A stretch of DNA of 59,550 nt, from NCBI GenBank assembly GCA_011523395.1, contig WTGW01000006.1, forward strand, positions 1-59,550. Direction: 5' to 3'. This DNA is from Acidimicrobiia bacterium. GTDB taxonomy: Bacteria > Actinomycetota > Acidimicrobiia > Spongiisociales > Spongiisociaceae. The notes under the pieces were generated by a model that worked only from the letters and a program-made list of their open reading frames with translations, did not search any database and had not been told where the DNA came from. Positions 43,512 to 53,200 of this stretch are shown here, in pieces; positions within the stretch are counted from its first letter, which is position 1; each line of letters begins with the position of its first letter. The position numbers and the translations under genes are program-made.

Positions 43512-43561
43512 TGATCGTCCTCGATACCGGAGCGCTCATCGTCCTCGACCGCATCCGCTAA
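43508..43561 (+). pseudogene. Truncated VapC/PIN toxin stub (17 aa)
   Basis: MMIVLDTGALIVLDRIR then stop; IVLDTGALI is a typical PIN first strand and helix. Confidence 0.65.
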
Positions 43562-43604
43562 GGGTCACGGCTGTAGACGGGACCAGATAAGGTCGGGAGT
43601 ACGC

Positions 43605-44699
43605 ATGACACGTTTTCCGCACATCAGCGACGAGCGGCGGATGGAGATGCTGGCGCCGCAGTTGGGCAGGGTTCGGGTCTTGATCGATACCGATGCGGCG
43701 AACGAGGTCGACGACCAGTTCGCCATCACCTGGGGCCTGCTATCGCCCGAGCGTCTCGACATCGAGGCCATGGTCGCTGCGCCGTTCTCGCGGGCTTACT
43801 TCAGGGAGCCTCTCCTGGCGGCGGCGCGGGCGGATGTGGACGCCTCGACCGCTGGGGAGGTTGACGACATCGCGGCCTGGTTGCACAGGCTGAGGGCCGC
43901 CGGGGTCGAGCCCGAGGATGTCGAGTTCGAGACGGTGGCCGAGGGCATGGAGATGTCGTACGCCGAGATCGGTACCCTCATGAGGTGCCTCGGCATGTCA
44001 TCGGACGGGGTGGCCTTCCGGGGCGCCGACCGGTTCATGGAGTCACCCGACGACATCGTGGACAGCGAAGGCGCCCGGCGGATCATCGAAGCCGCTATGG
44101 CGGACGACGACCGCCTGCTCCACGTGGTTGCGATCGGGGCGGTCACCAACATCGCCGCGGCGCTGCTGATGGAACCCGAGATCATCACCCGGATGGTGGT
44201 GTCGTGGACATCCGCATACCCGACGTTCGTGAGGTTCAGCAACTCCCCCTCGATGAACCTGGTGCAGGATCAGCACGCCTCCCGCCTACTCTTCGACTCG
44301 GGAGTGCCGCTCCTGTACCTGCCGGGCTACTACATCGGCGAGCAACTCGTGATGTCGTTGCCGGAGTCGGAGCGGTGGGTCGACGGCCGCGGCGAGATCG
44401 GCAGTTACCTCCACTACCTGTACACGCACAACCGCCTCCGGGCCCAACGGCTCGTAGAGCCCTTCCCGGGCCAGTCCTGGGTGTGCTGGGACTTCATCAA
44501 CTTCGCATGGCTGATCGATCCCACCTGGGTGCCGACCGCATTCGTACCGACCCCCGCCCTGAACGAGGAACTCAAGTGGCGACACCTTCCCGGCCGGCCG
44601 TTGATGAGCGAGGCCACCGACGTCGACAGGGACGCCGTGTACCGAGACTTCTTCCACAAACTCGACCAGCACAGCAAGGCGGCGGGCAACCCTCGTTGA
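43605..44699 (+). CDS. Nucleoside hydrolase (inosine-uridine preferring family)
   Basis: IDTDAANEVDDQFA, AIGAVTNIAAAL, NLVQD, WD motif. Confidence 0.85.
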   Translation: MTRFPHISDERRMEMLAPQLGRVRVLIDTDAANEVDDQFAITWGLLSPERLDIEAMVAAPFSRAYFREPLLAAARADVDASTAGEVDDIAAWLHRLRAAGVEPEDVEFETVAEGMEMSYAEIGTLMRCLGMSSDGVAFRGADRFMESPDDIVDSEGARRIIEAAMADDDRLLHVVAIGAVTNIAAALLMEPEIITRMVVSWTSAYPTFVRFSNSPSMNLVQDQHASRLLFDSGVPLLYLPGYYIGEQLVMSLPESERWVDGRGEIGSYLHYLYTHNRLRAQRLVEPFPGQSWVCWDFINFAWLIDPTWVPTAFVPTPALNEELKWRHLPGRPLMSEATDVDRDAVYRDFFHKLDQHSKAAGNPR

Positions 44700-44822
44700 G
44701 CGGCAGCCGCGGTGCCGTCGGTTACGAAGTGTTGCTACGTGGACTCGATCCAGGCGGCGGATCCAGACCCTGATTGGAGGAGTGGTCGGCCAAACTCGAA
44801 CCCGGATAGTGTGTAACGAGCC

Positions 44823-45062
44823 ATGCGATTACACATTCACCTGGATGACGAGTTGGTGGTGGCACTCGACAGGAGGGCGGGGCCGAGGGGTCGTAGTGCC
44901 TTGATTGCCGAGTTGATCAGACGCGGTCTTGATGACGAGTGTCGGTGGGACGACATCGAAGCATCTTTGGGGACCATCTCGGACACCGGCCACGAGTGGG
45001 ACGAGGATCCCGCGGGGTGGGTGCGGGCGCAGCGAGGCAGTGACTCTTGGCGGTCCGGCTGA
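44823..45062 (+). CDS. Ribbon-helix-helix (CopG/VapB-like) antitoxin, orphan
   Basis: MRLHIHLDDELV..LD..GRSALIAELIRRGL; C-terminal WVRAQR; no toxin follows. Confidence 0.7.
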   Translation: MRLHIHLDDELVVALDRRAGPRGRSALIAELIRRGLDDECRWDDIEASLGTISDTGHEWDEDPAGWVRAQRGSDSWRSG

Positions 45063-45074
45063 GCACATCGCGGC

Positions 45075-45677
45075 ATGAACGAGGCTGATCCGGCTGGTAC
45101 GGGTGATCCCCCGCTTTTGTCCATCGGTCACTCGACGCATCCGATCGAGGTCTTCGTGGCACTCCTCCAAGGGCATAGGGTCGAGTCGGTGGCCGACGTG
45201 CGCTCCTCGCCGTTCTCGCGCCTTAACCCCCAATTCAACCGGCAGGCACTGGAGCGAGATCTGCGCGCAGCCGGTATCCGGTACTTGTTCCTGGGGGTAG
45301 AACTCGGTGGGAGGCCTGACGGGGACCGGTTTTACGATCAGGAGGGGCATGTGCTCTACGGACGGGTGGCAGAGAGCCCGAAGTTCGAGTCCGGTCTAGC
45401 CCGGCTGGTCGAGCGGGCGGAGCGCTCCCGGGTAGCGGTCATGTGTAGCGAGGAGAACCCATCCGGCTGCCATCGCTTCCTGCTCGTCACCCGGGTCCTG
45501 TACATCCGAGGTATCGAGGTCGCCCATATCCGAGGTGACGGCTCAGTACAGCAAACCGAGGATGTGGATGCTTTCCGAGGTTGGTCGGACCCTGTCTACG
45601 AGGACGTGTCGCTCCTAGACGGGTCGGTGAGAAGTTCATGGAGATCCACGCGGCCGATCTCGCGAGGCCAGGCGTAG
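45075..45677 (+). CDS. DUF488 family protein
   Basis: SIGHS, DVRSSPFSR, LGGRP, MCSEENPSGCHR. Confidence 0.88.
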   Translation: MNEADPAGTGDPPLLSIGHSTHPIEVFVALLQGHRVESVADVRSSPFSRLNPQFNRQALERDLRAAGIRYLFLGVELGGRPDGDRFYDQEGHVLYGRVAESPKFESGLARLVERAERSRVAVMCSEENPSGCHRFLLVTRVLYIRGIEVAHIRGDGSVQQTEDVDAFRGWSDPVYEDVSLLDGSVRSSWRSTRPISRGQA

Positions 45678-46116
45678 CGGCCCGGCTGCCTCCAGCGGCG
45701 ACTCGTGCTGTCATGTCCGAAGGTACCCGGGATTGATGCCGGCGTGTCCTTGCTGGGTGATTTGTCCGGCTGTGTGTGGTGGAGACGACATTCCGGAACC
45801 AGCGTCGGTCGTTCGCGAGCTGTTGGTGATGTCGGTGATGGCGCCACCCGTTCGAGATCGTATGGACCTCCGGTGGTTGACCTATGCTTCGAGGAGCTAT
45901 ACTGAAGGGGTCGGGCCGCCAGCCTCATGCTCTTCGATTACTTGGCTTCTCCTGGAAACCGCTCAGATATGTGCTTAGGGAGTGTACCACTCCTGAAATC
46001 CCTCTGACCAGGGGTGTAGCTCGCACCACGGGACGTGGTGTTGGCATTCCTTGCCTGTTGGATTTGCTGCAGCTATAGTCGCGCGGCACCATCGTACTTG
46101 AGGAAGAGGCACATTC

Positions 46117-46728
46117 ATGGCACCTGTCAACCCTCCATACCTCGCTGCCCACAGCACTATCACTAGGACCCTCGAACGCGTGAAGCTGGCGCCGACACCG
46201 GAGAAATTCAGCCAGGACTTCCTAGCGACCAAGCTCGGCCTCAAGGGTGGCTCGCCTAAGCAGGTGATCCCCTACCTGAAGCGGATTGGATTCCTTCGAT
46301 CCGACGGTACGCCAACCCCTATCTATGAGCGGTTCCGAAACGAATCGCAAAGCGGAGCCGCCGTTGCTGAAGCGATGCGCCACGGTTACCAAACTCTGTA
46401 TGACGTCAACGAGTACCTCCACGAAGCTACCGACGAGGACATTAGGGGTGTAATCCTTCAGGTGACGGGTCAGGAGAAGGGCTCGAGTGTGGTCCGGGCG
46501 ATTCTCGGGTCCTTCAAAGCCTTACGTGCGTTCGCGGACTTCAGCACGCCAACGGTTCCCACGATTGAGTCAACCGAGGAAGACAGCGTGGTCTCGGAGA
46601 CAGCAGAGGGTTCGTCGTTGGCAGGCTTCGGGATTGGTTACACCATCAACCTGCATCTACCTGCAACGTCAGACATTGCGGTGTTCAACGCGATTTTCAG
46701 AAGCCTTCGTGAGAATTTGTTTCGGTGA
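46117..46728 (+). CDS. DUF5343-like protein
   Basis: PEKFSQDFL..LG, LKRIGFL..DGTPT, C-terminal YTINLHLPATSDIAVFNAIFRSL; good RBS (GAGGAAGAGG). Confidence 0.75.
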   Translation: MAPVNPPYLAAHSTITRTLERVKLAPTPEKFSQDFLATKLGLKGGSPKQVIPYLKRIGFLRSDGTPTPIYERFRNESQSGAAVAEAMRHGYQTLYDVNEYLHEATDEDIRGVILQVTGQEKGSSVVRAILGSFKALRAFADFSTPTVPTIESTEEDSVVSETAEGSSLAGFGIGYTINLHLPATSDIAVFNAIFRSLRENLFR

Positions 46729-47321
46729 TGTGTAGTACGAGCCAGGAGAGAGCGCTGCGCCTGTTCGTCATGGCGAACCTGCTGACCGAGTATGCGCTAG
46801 ATCGCGTCGAGACCGAGTACGGCATCGGCCTGGATCGCGACCACGGGCGCGCTGTCTCGACCGAGGAGGATTACTACCCGCAAATCGAGAAGGCGATCCG
46901 AGTTGAGGCTGCGCAGATGGCACCTCACTATGAGGTCTTCTACTCACTTGAGAAGACCATACGGGGTCTTGTCCGCGACGTGCTCGAAGAGGCCGAGGGC
47001 TACGAGTGGTGGCTATCGGACCGAGTGCCCGACCAGATACGAGACGAATGTAAGAAACGGATGCGGCGCGAACTCGACTCCGGTACCACCGTCCGCTCTA
47101 CACATCAGCTCGACTTCAGCACCTTCGGTGAACTCGGTGAGATCATCAAGACAAACTGGGATCTATTCGGTGGTCAGTTCACCAGCAAGAAGGCCGTGGA
47201 AACAGTCATGACGAGGCTCAACGGCCTCAGGGGTCCGATTGCTCACTGCTCGCCTCTTGCTGAGGACGAGATCCTCCGCCTGCAGTTAAGCGTGAGGGAC
47301 TGGTTCAGACTGATGGAGTAG
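46725..47321 (+). CDS. Swt1-like HEPN domain protein
   Basis: FYSLEKTIR, FGELGEII..NW..F and an intact Rx4H motif (RGPIAH); overlaps the upstream stop codon. Confidence 0.8.
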   Translation: MMCSTSQERALRLFVMANLLTEYALDRVETEYGIGLDRDHGRAVSTEEDYYPQIEKAIRVEAAQMAPHYEVFYSLEKTIRGLVRDVLEEAEGYEWWLSDRVPDQIRDECKKRMRRELDSGTTVRSTHQLDFSTFGELGEIIKTNWDLFGGQFTSKKAVETVMTRLNGLRGPIAHCSPLAEDEILRLQLSVRDWFRLME

Positions 47322-47414
47322 ATGGCTACTCCGAGAGATCTAGCGGCTTACCTGAGCGGTATCTGGCTACGAGTAGGGCAGCCATAGACTTTGTTGTGAG
47401 CACCGACGAGGTGC

Positions 47415-48908
47415 GTGGCTCGGACTGACCGCCGTGAGGAGGATCTGGTGGCGAGCGTGCTGGTTTTAGGGGCCTCCGGGTATGTGGGGAGCCATCTGAT
47501 CCCGCGGCTGGTGGAGCGGGGGCATGAGGTCCGGGCTGCCGGGCGGCGGCCGGAGGCTCTGGCAGGCCGTGGATGGGACGGCGTCGAGCCGGTCCGCGCT
47601 GACGCTCTCGATCCGGAGTCGCTGGCTGAGGCATTCGAAGGGGTCGATCTCGTCTATTACCTGATCCACTCGATGGCATCGGGGAAGGACTTTCCGGAAC
47701 TGGACCGCCGGGCGGCCGCCCACGTTCGGGATGCTGCGGAACGCGCCGGGGTGGCCCACATCGTCTACCTGGGCGGGTTGCAGCCGCGGGAGGCCGCCTC
47801 GGCGCACCTCGACTCGCGGCGGGAGACCGGCGAGGTGCTCCGATCGGGCTCGGTGCCGGTGACCGAGATCCGGGCCGGGATAGTGGTGGGGCCGGGCTCG
47901 GCGGCCTTCGAAGTCATCCGCGACCTGGTCTACCACTTGCCCGTGATGGTGACGCCCAGGTGGGTGGATTCCATGACCCAGCCGATCGCCCTGGATGACC
48001 TGATCGAGTACCTGCTCCGGCTTCCGGAGACGGAAGGGTCAGAAAGCCGGATACGCGATGTCGGAGGCCCCGAGGCTTTGCGCTACCGGGACATGCTCAC
48101 CGGCTTCGCCCGGGTCATTGGCAAGCGGCTCCTGATCGTTCCCGTGCCTGTCCTCACCCCGCGGCTGTCCTCCTACTGGCTGAACCTGGTCACGGCCGTA
48201 CCCACGAACGTTGCCAGGCCGCTGATAGACGGTCTCAGGCACGACCTGGTCATCGATCCCGGCGCCGACCTGGCCACCTCGATTCCCCTCCCTCTCCACA
48301 CCTATGAAGAGGCGGTGAGCGCGGCCCTCGAGGCCGAGCGGGATGCCGAGATGCCGGCGCGCTGGACGGAAGGCTCGTTCGCGATGCGCGACTACCGCTC
48401 GGACGTGTCCTTCTACAGCCGGGGCGAGCGGGTCGAGCGCATGTGCGCAGCGGAACCGGAGACTGTCTGGGAGGTCGTGTCGTCGATCGGAGGGACGAAC
48501 GGCTGGTATTACGCCGACCCGTTGTGGAACCTGCGCGGCATCCTGGATCGCATGGTCGGGGGAGCCGGCAGGCGCCGCGGTCGCCGCCATCCGACCCGGT
48601 TGCGGGTGGGCGATGCGGTCGACTTCTGGCGGGTGGCGGCCATCGAGCCGGGTCGCCGCCTGACGCTCCTGGCGGAGATGCGCCTCCCCGGCACGGCAAT
48701 CCTCGAGTTCGAGGTGCTGCCCGAGGCAGACGGATCCCGCACGGTCACCGCCGCCTACTTCCATCCGGCGGGTGTTCTGGGCCTTCTCTACTGGTACGCG
48801 TTGTGGCCCATCCACAAGCGCATATTCGCCGGCCTGGCCGATGCCGTAGTCAAGCGCTCGGTGGACCGGATGCCCGCAAACGTACGGGTGGTGCCCCACA
48901 GCAGCTAG
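47415..48908 (+). CDS. NAD(P)-binding SDR-like oxidoreductase with DUF2867 (YbjT-like)
   Basis: GASGYVG, YYLIHSM, GDAVDFWRV, AEMRLPG, GLLYWY; start may be 47448. Confidence 0.85.
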   Translation: MARTDRREEDLVASVLVLGASGYVGSHLIPRLVERGHEVRAAGRRPEALAGRGWDGVEPVRADALDPESLAEAFEGVDLVYYLIHSMASGKDFPELDRRAAAHVRDAAERAGVAHIVYLGGLQPREAASAHLDSRRETGEVLRSGSVPVTEIRAGIVVGPGSAAFEVIRDLVYHLPVMVTPRWVDSMTQPIALDDLIEYLLRLPETEGSESRIRDVGGPEALRYRDMLTGFARVIGKRLLIVPVPVLTPRLSSYWLNLVTAVPTNVARPLIDGLRHDLVIDPGADLATSIPLPLHTYEEAVSAALEAERDAEMPARWTEGSFAMRDYRSDVSFYSRGERVERMCAAEPETVWEVVSSIGGTNGWYYADPLWNLRGILDRMVGGAGRRRGRRHPTRLRVGDAVDFWRVAAIEPGRRLTLLAEMRLPGTAILEFEVLPEADGSRTVTAAYFHPAGVLGLLYWYALWPIHKRIFAGLADAVVKRSVDRMPANVRVVPHSS

Positions 48909-48952
48909 CCGTATTGCCGCCACGGAGACGTGGCCGTTACCCGGAGTGTGTG

Positions 48953-49120
48953 TGAGCCGCCCGGGTTTGCCGGAGAGTGTGATGGATACCCGGATTCGTG
49001 GAGTCGGGCTACTTGAATCTGGTGGTGTGTTGACCCGTGAAGGAGGGGTCTCATGCTGTACCGATATCCACCCCAGTTCCGCCGCAAGGTCCTGGACTCG
49101 GTGGCTGCTGGCAGGTCGCA
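48953..49120 (+). mobile_element. IS3-family left-end relic with truncated OrfA
   Basis: TGAGCCGCCCGGGTTTGCCGGAG resembles IS3/IS51-group inverted repeats; GAAGGAGG RBS then ATG 49053 MLYRYPPQFRRKVLDSVAAGRS (HTH_Tnp_1-like start). Confidence 0.65.
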
Positions 49121-49179
49121 GCCAGTGTGTGAGGACACTCTCCACGCCCGTTGTCGCTCGTTCGGCCGTCGAAGGCCCC

Positions 49180-49209
49180 AAAAAAGACCCGGCCCTAAGT
49201 GGGCCGGGT
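49180..49209 (-). terminator. Intrinsic terminator
   Basis: ACCCGGCCC-ACTTA-GGGCCGGGT-CTTTTTT on the minus strand. Confidence 0.85.
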
Positions 49210-49258
49210 GGGTAACCACTCCTGATACAAACTTACCGGGAGCTAAGCGCTTGTACCC
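49180..49258 (-). ncRNA. Candidate small structured RNA directly 3' of the NYN gene
   Basis: Promoter-like GTGACC-N18-TAAATT with TG extension, GCTCC..GGAGT hairpin, then a 9-bp hairpin and U-tract. Confidence 0.5.
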
Positions 49259-49305
49259 AAATTTAGCACGAGCATTAGCCCGAGGTCACGGGAAACAGCG
49301 TCGGG

Positions 49306-50043
49306 TTACCAGCGTGGTGGACGCCGATAATCGCCCACTGTTCCTGCTAGCTGGCAAGCGTGGAAGTCATTGGCTTCCAGCCGGTACCACCAGTGTCCAC
49401 CGACACCGTCGCCGGGTCTACCGGCCAGATCACCAGCCAGACGGTTGGTGCTCGGGTTGACAACGCCCACCGGAACCCGTTGGCGCGCTAACCGTATCGG
49501 TAGCCGTAGATCACTGTCATTCGAGATCACAATCGCGGCGTCCACTCGGCTGGTCAAGACGTCGGACAGCAGATGGGAGGCAACGTTCACGTCCGTTGCC
49601 TTTTCCTCCTCCCTCAGGTAGGAGACCATGAACCGGGCGTCGCGGACCTCCTTACCGGTGCCGTCCTGCACCATCACCGGCCAACGAGAGGTGTGGATAA
49701 CCGGCCGACCGTTATGGTCGCGTGTCGCCAACAGGCCGGTCTTCCGGCGAGCCGTGAACCTGCCCTCCTCAAGATGATCAAACGAGCGGTTAGCTCTCAA
49801 CGCGGCCACGTACACTTGCTGCCGTCGGTGCTCCGCCGGGTGGAGACTCCCGTCTATGAACGCTGTGCAGTACACCACACGGTGGACCAGCGCACCTCGC
49901 CCCAACCAGTCGGCGCGGCGCGCCAGTATCCGTTGGCTCAGTTGACGCAGGTCAAGCCACCGCCACCCGGATGCAGACCTACCGAAGAGACTTCGGCCGC
50001 CATAGTACAGGTTCAGACCATCGACATACACACCGACCTTCAC
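49306..50043 (-). CDS. NYN domain (LabA/DUF88, PIN-like fold) ribonuclease
   Basis: VYVDGLNLYYG, EEKATDVN, SNDSD: all four catalytic aspartate positions present. Confidence 0.9.
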   Translation of the reverse strand: MKVGVYVDGLNLYYGGRSLFGRSASGWRWLDLRQLSQRILARRADWLGRGALVHRVVYCTAFIDGSLHPAEHRRQQVYVAALRANRSFDHLEEGRFTARRKTGLLATRDHNGRPVIHTSRWPVMVQDGTGKEVRDARFMVSYLREEEKATDVNVASHLLSDVLTSRVDAAIVISNDSDLRLPIRLARQRVPVGVVNPSTNRLAGDLAGRPGDGVGGHWWYRLEANDFHACQLAGTVGDYRRPPRW

Positions 50044-50275
50044 AAACTCTTCTCTCCACCGCTCGATACTCCATCAAATAAACAACCATACAACGGAGCA
50101 GGCACCTCGGCGAGGCTCGCCACGGACGCGATTTCCTCGCCTAGATCGTGGATGCAGATGTGTCGGTGGCGGGTGATAAGTTCGCCTCTGTGGAGGACCA
50201 GCACCGGACACGCGCTCTGAACCGATCGGGCAAGCCGGGTTCGCCCCCGCACTGCTGCCGTCCACCGGAGGCCCT

Positions 50276-53200
50276 GTGGCGCTGCTGATCCACGTCGGGT
50301 CGCATCCCGACGAGTTGGTGGGTGGGTTGTGCGAGATGCTGGCGTCACCCCCGGACGATCCCTTCGTGCAGGAGGTGGTGGCCGTCCCGACGCGCGGTAT
50401 CGAGCGCTGGCTCACCCAGCGGATCGCCTCGGAATTGGCCGACCGGACATCCGGCGACGGGGTGTGTGCCAACGTGGAGTTCCCCTCCCCGCGTCGCCTT
50501 GTCCGGGAAGTGCTACGAGCGGTTCCCGAACTGGCTTCGGCGCTTGATGCCTGGGAGGGACCCGCTCTAACCCGCACATTGGTCTCGGTGGTGGACGATC
50601 ACCTCGATGAGCCGTGGATGTGGCTCCTGGCCCGCTTCATCGACGCGCCGAATGCGGTCGGCACGCTCGGCAACAGCCAGCGCCTGCGGGCGGCCCGCAA
50701 GATATCCGGGCTGTTCACGCGCTACGCCCGGCGCCGGCCTGAGATGGTCCGCGCCTGGATGGAGGGAGAGGATGTCGGGCCCGATGGAGGGGCCCTTCCC
50801 GAGGCGGACGCCTGGCAGGCGCGCTTGTGGCGTTTGGTCCGGGCGCGGATCGGGATCCCCGGCCTGGCGGAGCTGATCCCCTCGGCCCTGGAGCCGGTCC
50901 GGAGCGGTGCGCTCGACCTGGACCTGCCGGAGCGGATCTTCGTGTACGGGCTCACCTCGGTGGACCCGATGGATGTCGAGGTGTTCGAGGCGCTGGCCGC
51001 TACGCGCGATGTACATCTCCACCTGCTCCATCCCTCTCCCGTCCTGTGGCGGGACACGGCGGTCCTCGCCGGACGGGACGGTGTGGATGCCGGTTCGGCG
51101 AGGGGGTCCGATCCCAGCGCGCATCTGCCCCGGCATCCGTTGCTGCGCTCCTGGGCGCAGGAGAGCCGCGAGCTCCAGCTGGTCCTGGCGAGCCGGAGCT
51201 ATACGGGCGAACCATCCGGAGGCCGATCGGGCACCGCGGCCGCCACCCTGCTCGGGCGGCTCCAGCAGGACATCCGCTCCAACATCCTCCCCACGAGGCA
51301 GACCGCTGCAATCGACGCCGCCGGCGACGAGGACCGGTCGGTCCAGATCCACGTCTGTTACGGCGCCCGGAGGCAGGTGGAGGTCCTTCGTGACGCCATC
51401 CTCCATATGCTCGCGGCCGACAGCACCCTGGAACCGCGCGATGTCGTCATCATGACGCCGGACCTCGGCACCTTCGCCCCTCTCCTGGAAGCGGTGTTCC
51501 TCGGCAAGGCCGCCGGTGGGGACCCCGATGCCGGTGGGGACCTCGATGCCGGCGGGGATTCCCTGCCTGATCTGCGCCTCCGGATCGCCGACCGGGCGCC
51601 CGCCGCCACCAACCCACTGGTCCGGTTCGCCGCAACCGTCCTCGACCTGGCCTGCGACCGCCTCGAAGCGGGCACGGTCCGCGAGCTGGTGGCGATGCCG
51701 GTCGTGCGGCGACTGTTCGGCTTCGACGAGGAGACGGCCGACGCGATCGCCACGGTGATCGAGGACACCAACGTGCGGTGGGGCCTCGATGCCGACCACC
51801 GCGCCCGGTGGAACGCCGGCCGGGTGGGGGACCACACCTGGCGGCGCGGGCTCGACCGGGCTCTCTCCGGCGTCTTCTACGCGGACAGCAGCGTCCGCGT
51901 GGTCGGAGCGATCGCCCCCCTCTACGGGGCCGAGGGGCAGGAGGCATTGCCGATCGGGCTATTGGCCCAGATCATGGACCGGATCGTCACGGTCCGGGAG
52001 CTTCTCGGCGGGCCTCGGCCTTACTCCGAGTGGGGGCCGGCCATCGCCGCGGCCGTGCGGCTGCTGGCGGCGCCCGCCTGGGACGACCAGTGGCAGTGGG
52101 GCCAGTTGGAGCGCCTGCTCGAGGAGAGCTTCCCGGGGGTGGAGGCAGGCGGCGACGATCCGCTGCTCGAGCCTGCGGAAGCCCGGTTGGTGGTGGACTA
52201 CTGGTCGGAGGATGTGCCGAGCCCCCTGCACTTCAGGACCGGGGACATCACGGTCTGCACGCTGGTTCCGATGCGTTCGGTGCCCTACCGGGTGGTGTGC
52301 CTGCTCGGTATGGACGACCGGCGCTTCCCCAGGAGCAGCCGGGCCGACGGCGACGACCTGCTGGTCGACAACGAGATCATCGGTGACTCCGACCGCGGCG
52401 CGGAGGACCGCCAGCTCCTCCTGGATGCGGTCATGGCGGCCGGGGACCACCTGGTCGTCACCTACTCGGGGCGTGACCCTCTGACCAACGCCGAGTACCC
52501 GCCGGCGGTTCCCATCGCCGAGTTGGCAGACTTGCTGTCCGCCATGGCGGGGGAGGCCGGTCTCGAGAGCCTCCGGACCCACCATCCTCTGCAGCCGTTC
52601 AGCGAGACCAACTTCGTCCCGGGAAGTCTCGGCGTGCCCGGACCGTGGGGGTTCGACCCCATGCAGTTCCAGGGGTCGCTGGCCGTCCAGCATCGCACCG
52701 GTGGGGAGGCGCCCCATCTCCTGTTGCCCGCCCCCGAGGACGACGTTTTCACGGAGATCCGGCTCGCGGACCTGGGCCGCTTTCTCGAGCATCCCGCCCG
52801 CGAGTTCATCCGCACCAGGCTCGGCTTCATGATCCCGCGCCAGGGAGAGATCCCCGACGACACGGTGCCCACCGAACTCGGTCCCTTGGAGGAGTGGAAG
52901 GTCACCGACCGCTTCCTGGCCGGACTGCTGTCGGGTCATCCGATCGAGTTGCTCGAAGCCCATCAGCGAGCCGGCGACAACCTGCCCCCCGGCGACCTCG
53001 GGCGGGCAGGTCTCGACCGGGCTCGGCAGCGGGCGGTCGAACTGTGGGAGGCCGCCACGGGAGTGGGATACGACCCGGAGCGGCACGAGCAGTTCGCCGG
53101 AGCGGTGCGGGTGGGCGGCCGCACGGTCGAGGGCGTGACAACGGCCGATCCGGGTGCCTCCCGGGTCGACATGGTCACCCCGTCGAGGCTCAAGGGAAAG

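Noticed and set aside
43605-44699. Nucleoside hydrolase as a defence effector
   Set aside because: Host-like codon usage, stand-alone and not coupled to any defence gene.
45986-45996. ACCACTCCTGA shared with 49215-49225
   Set aside because: An 11-bp match is expected by chance many times in 60 kb.
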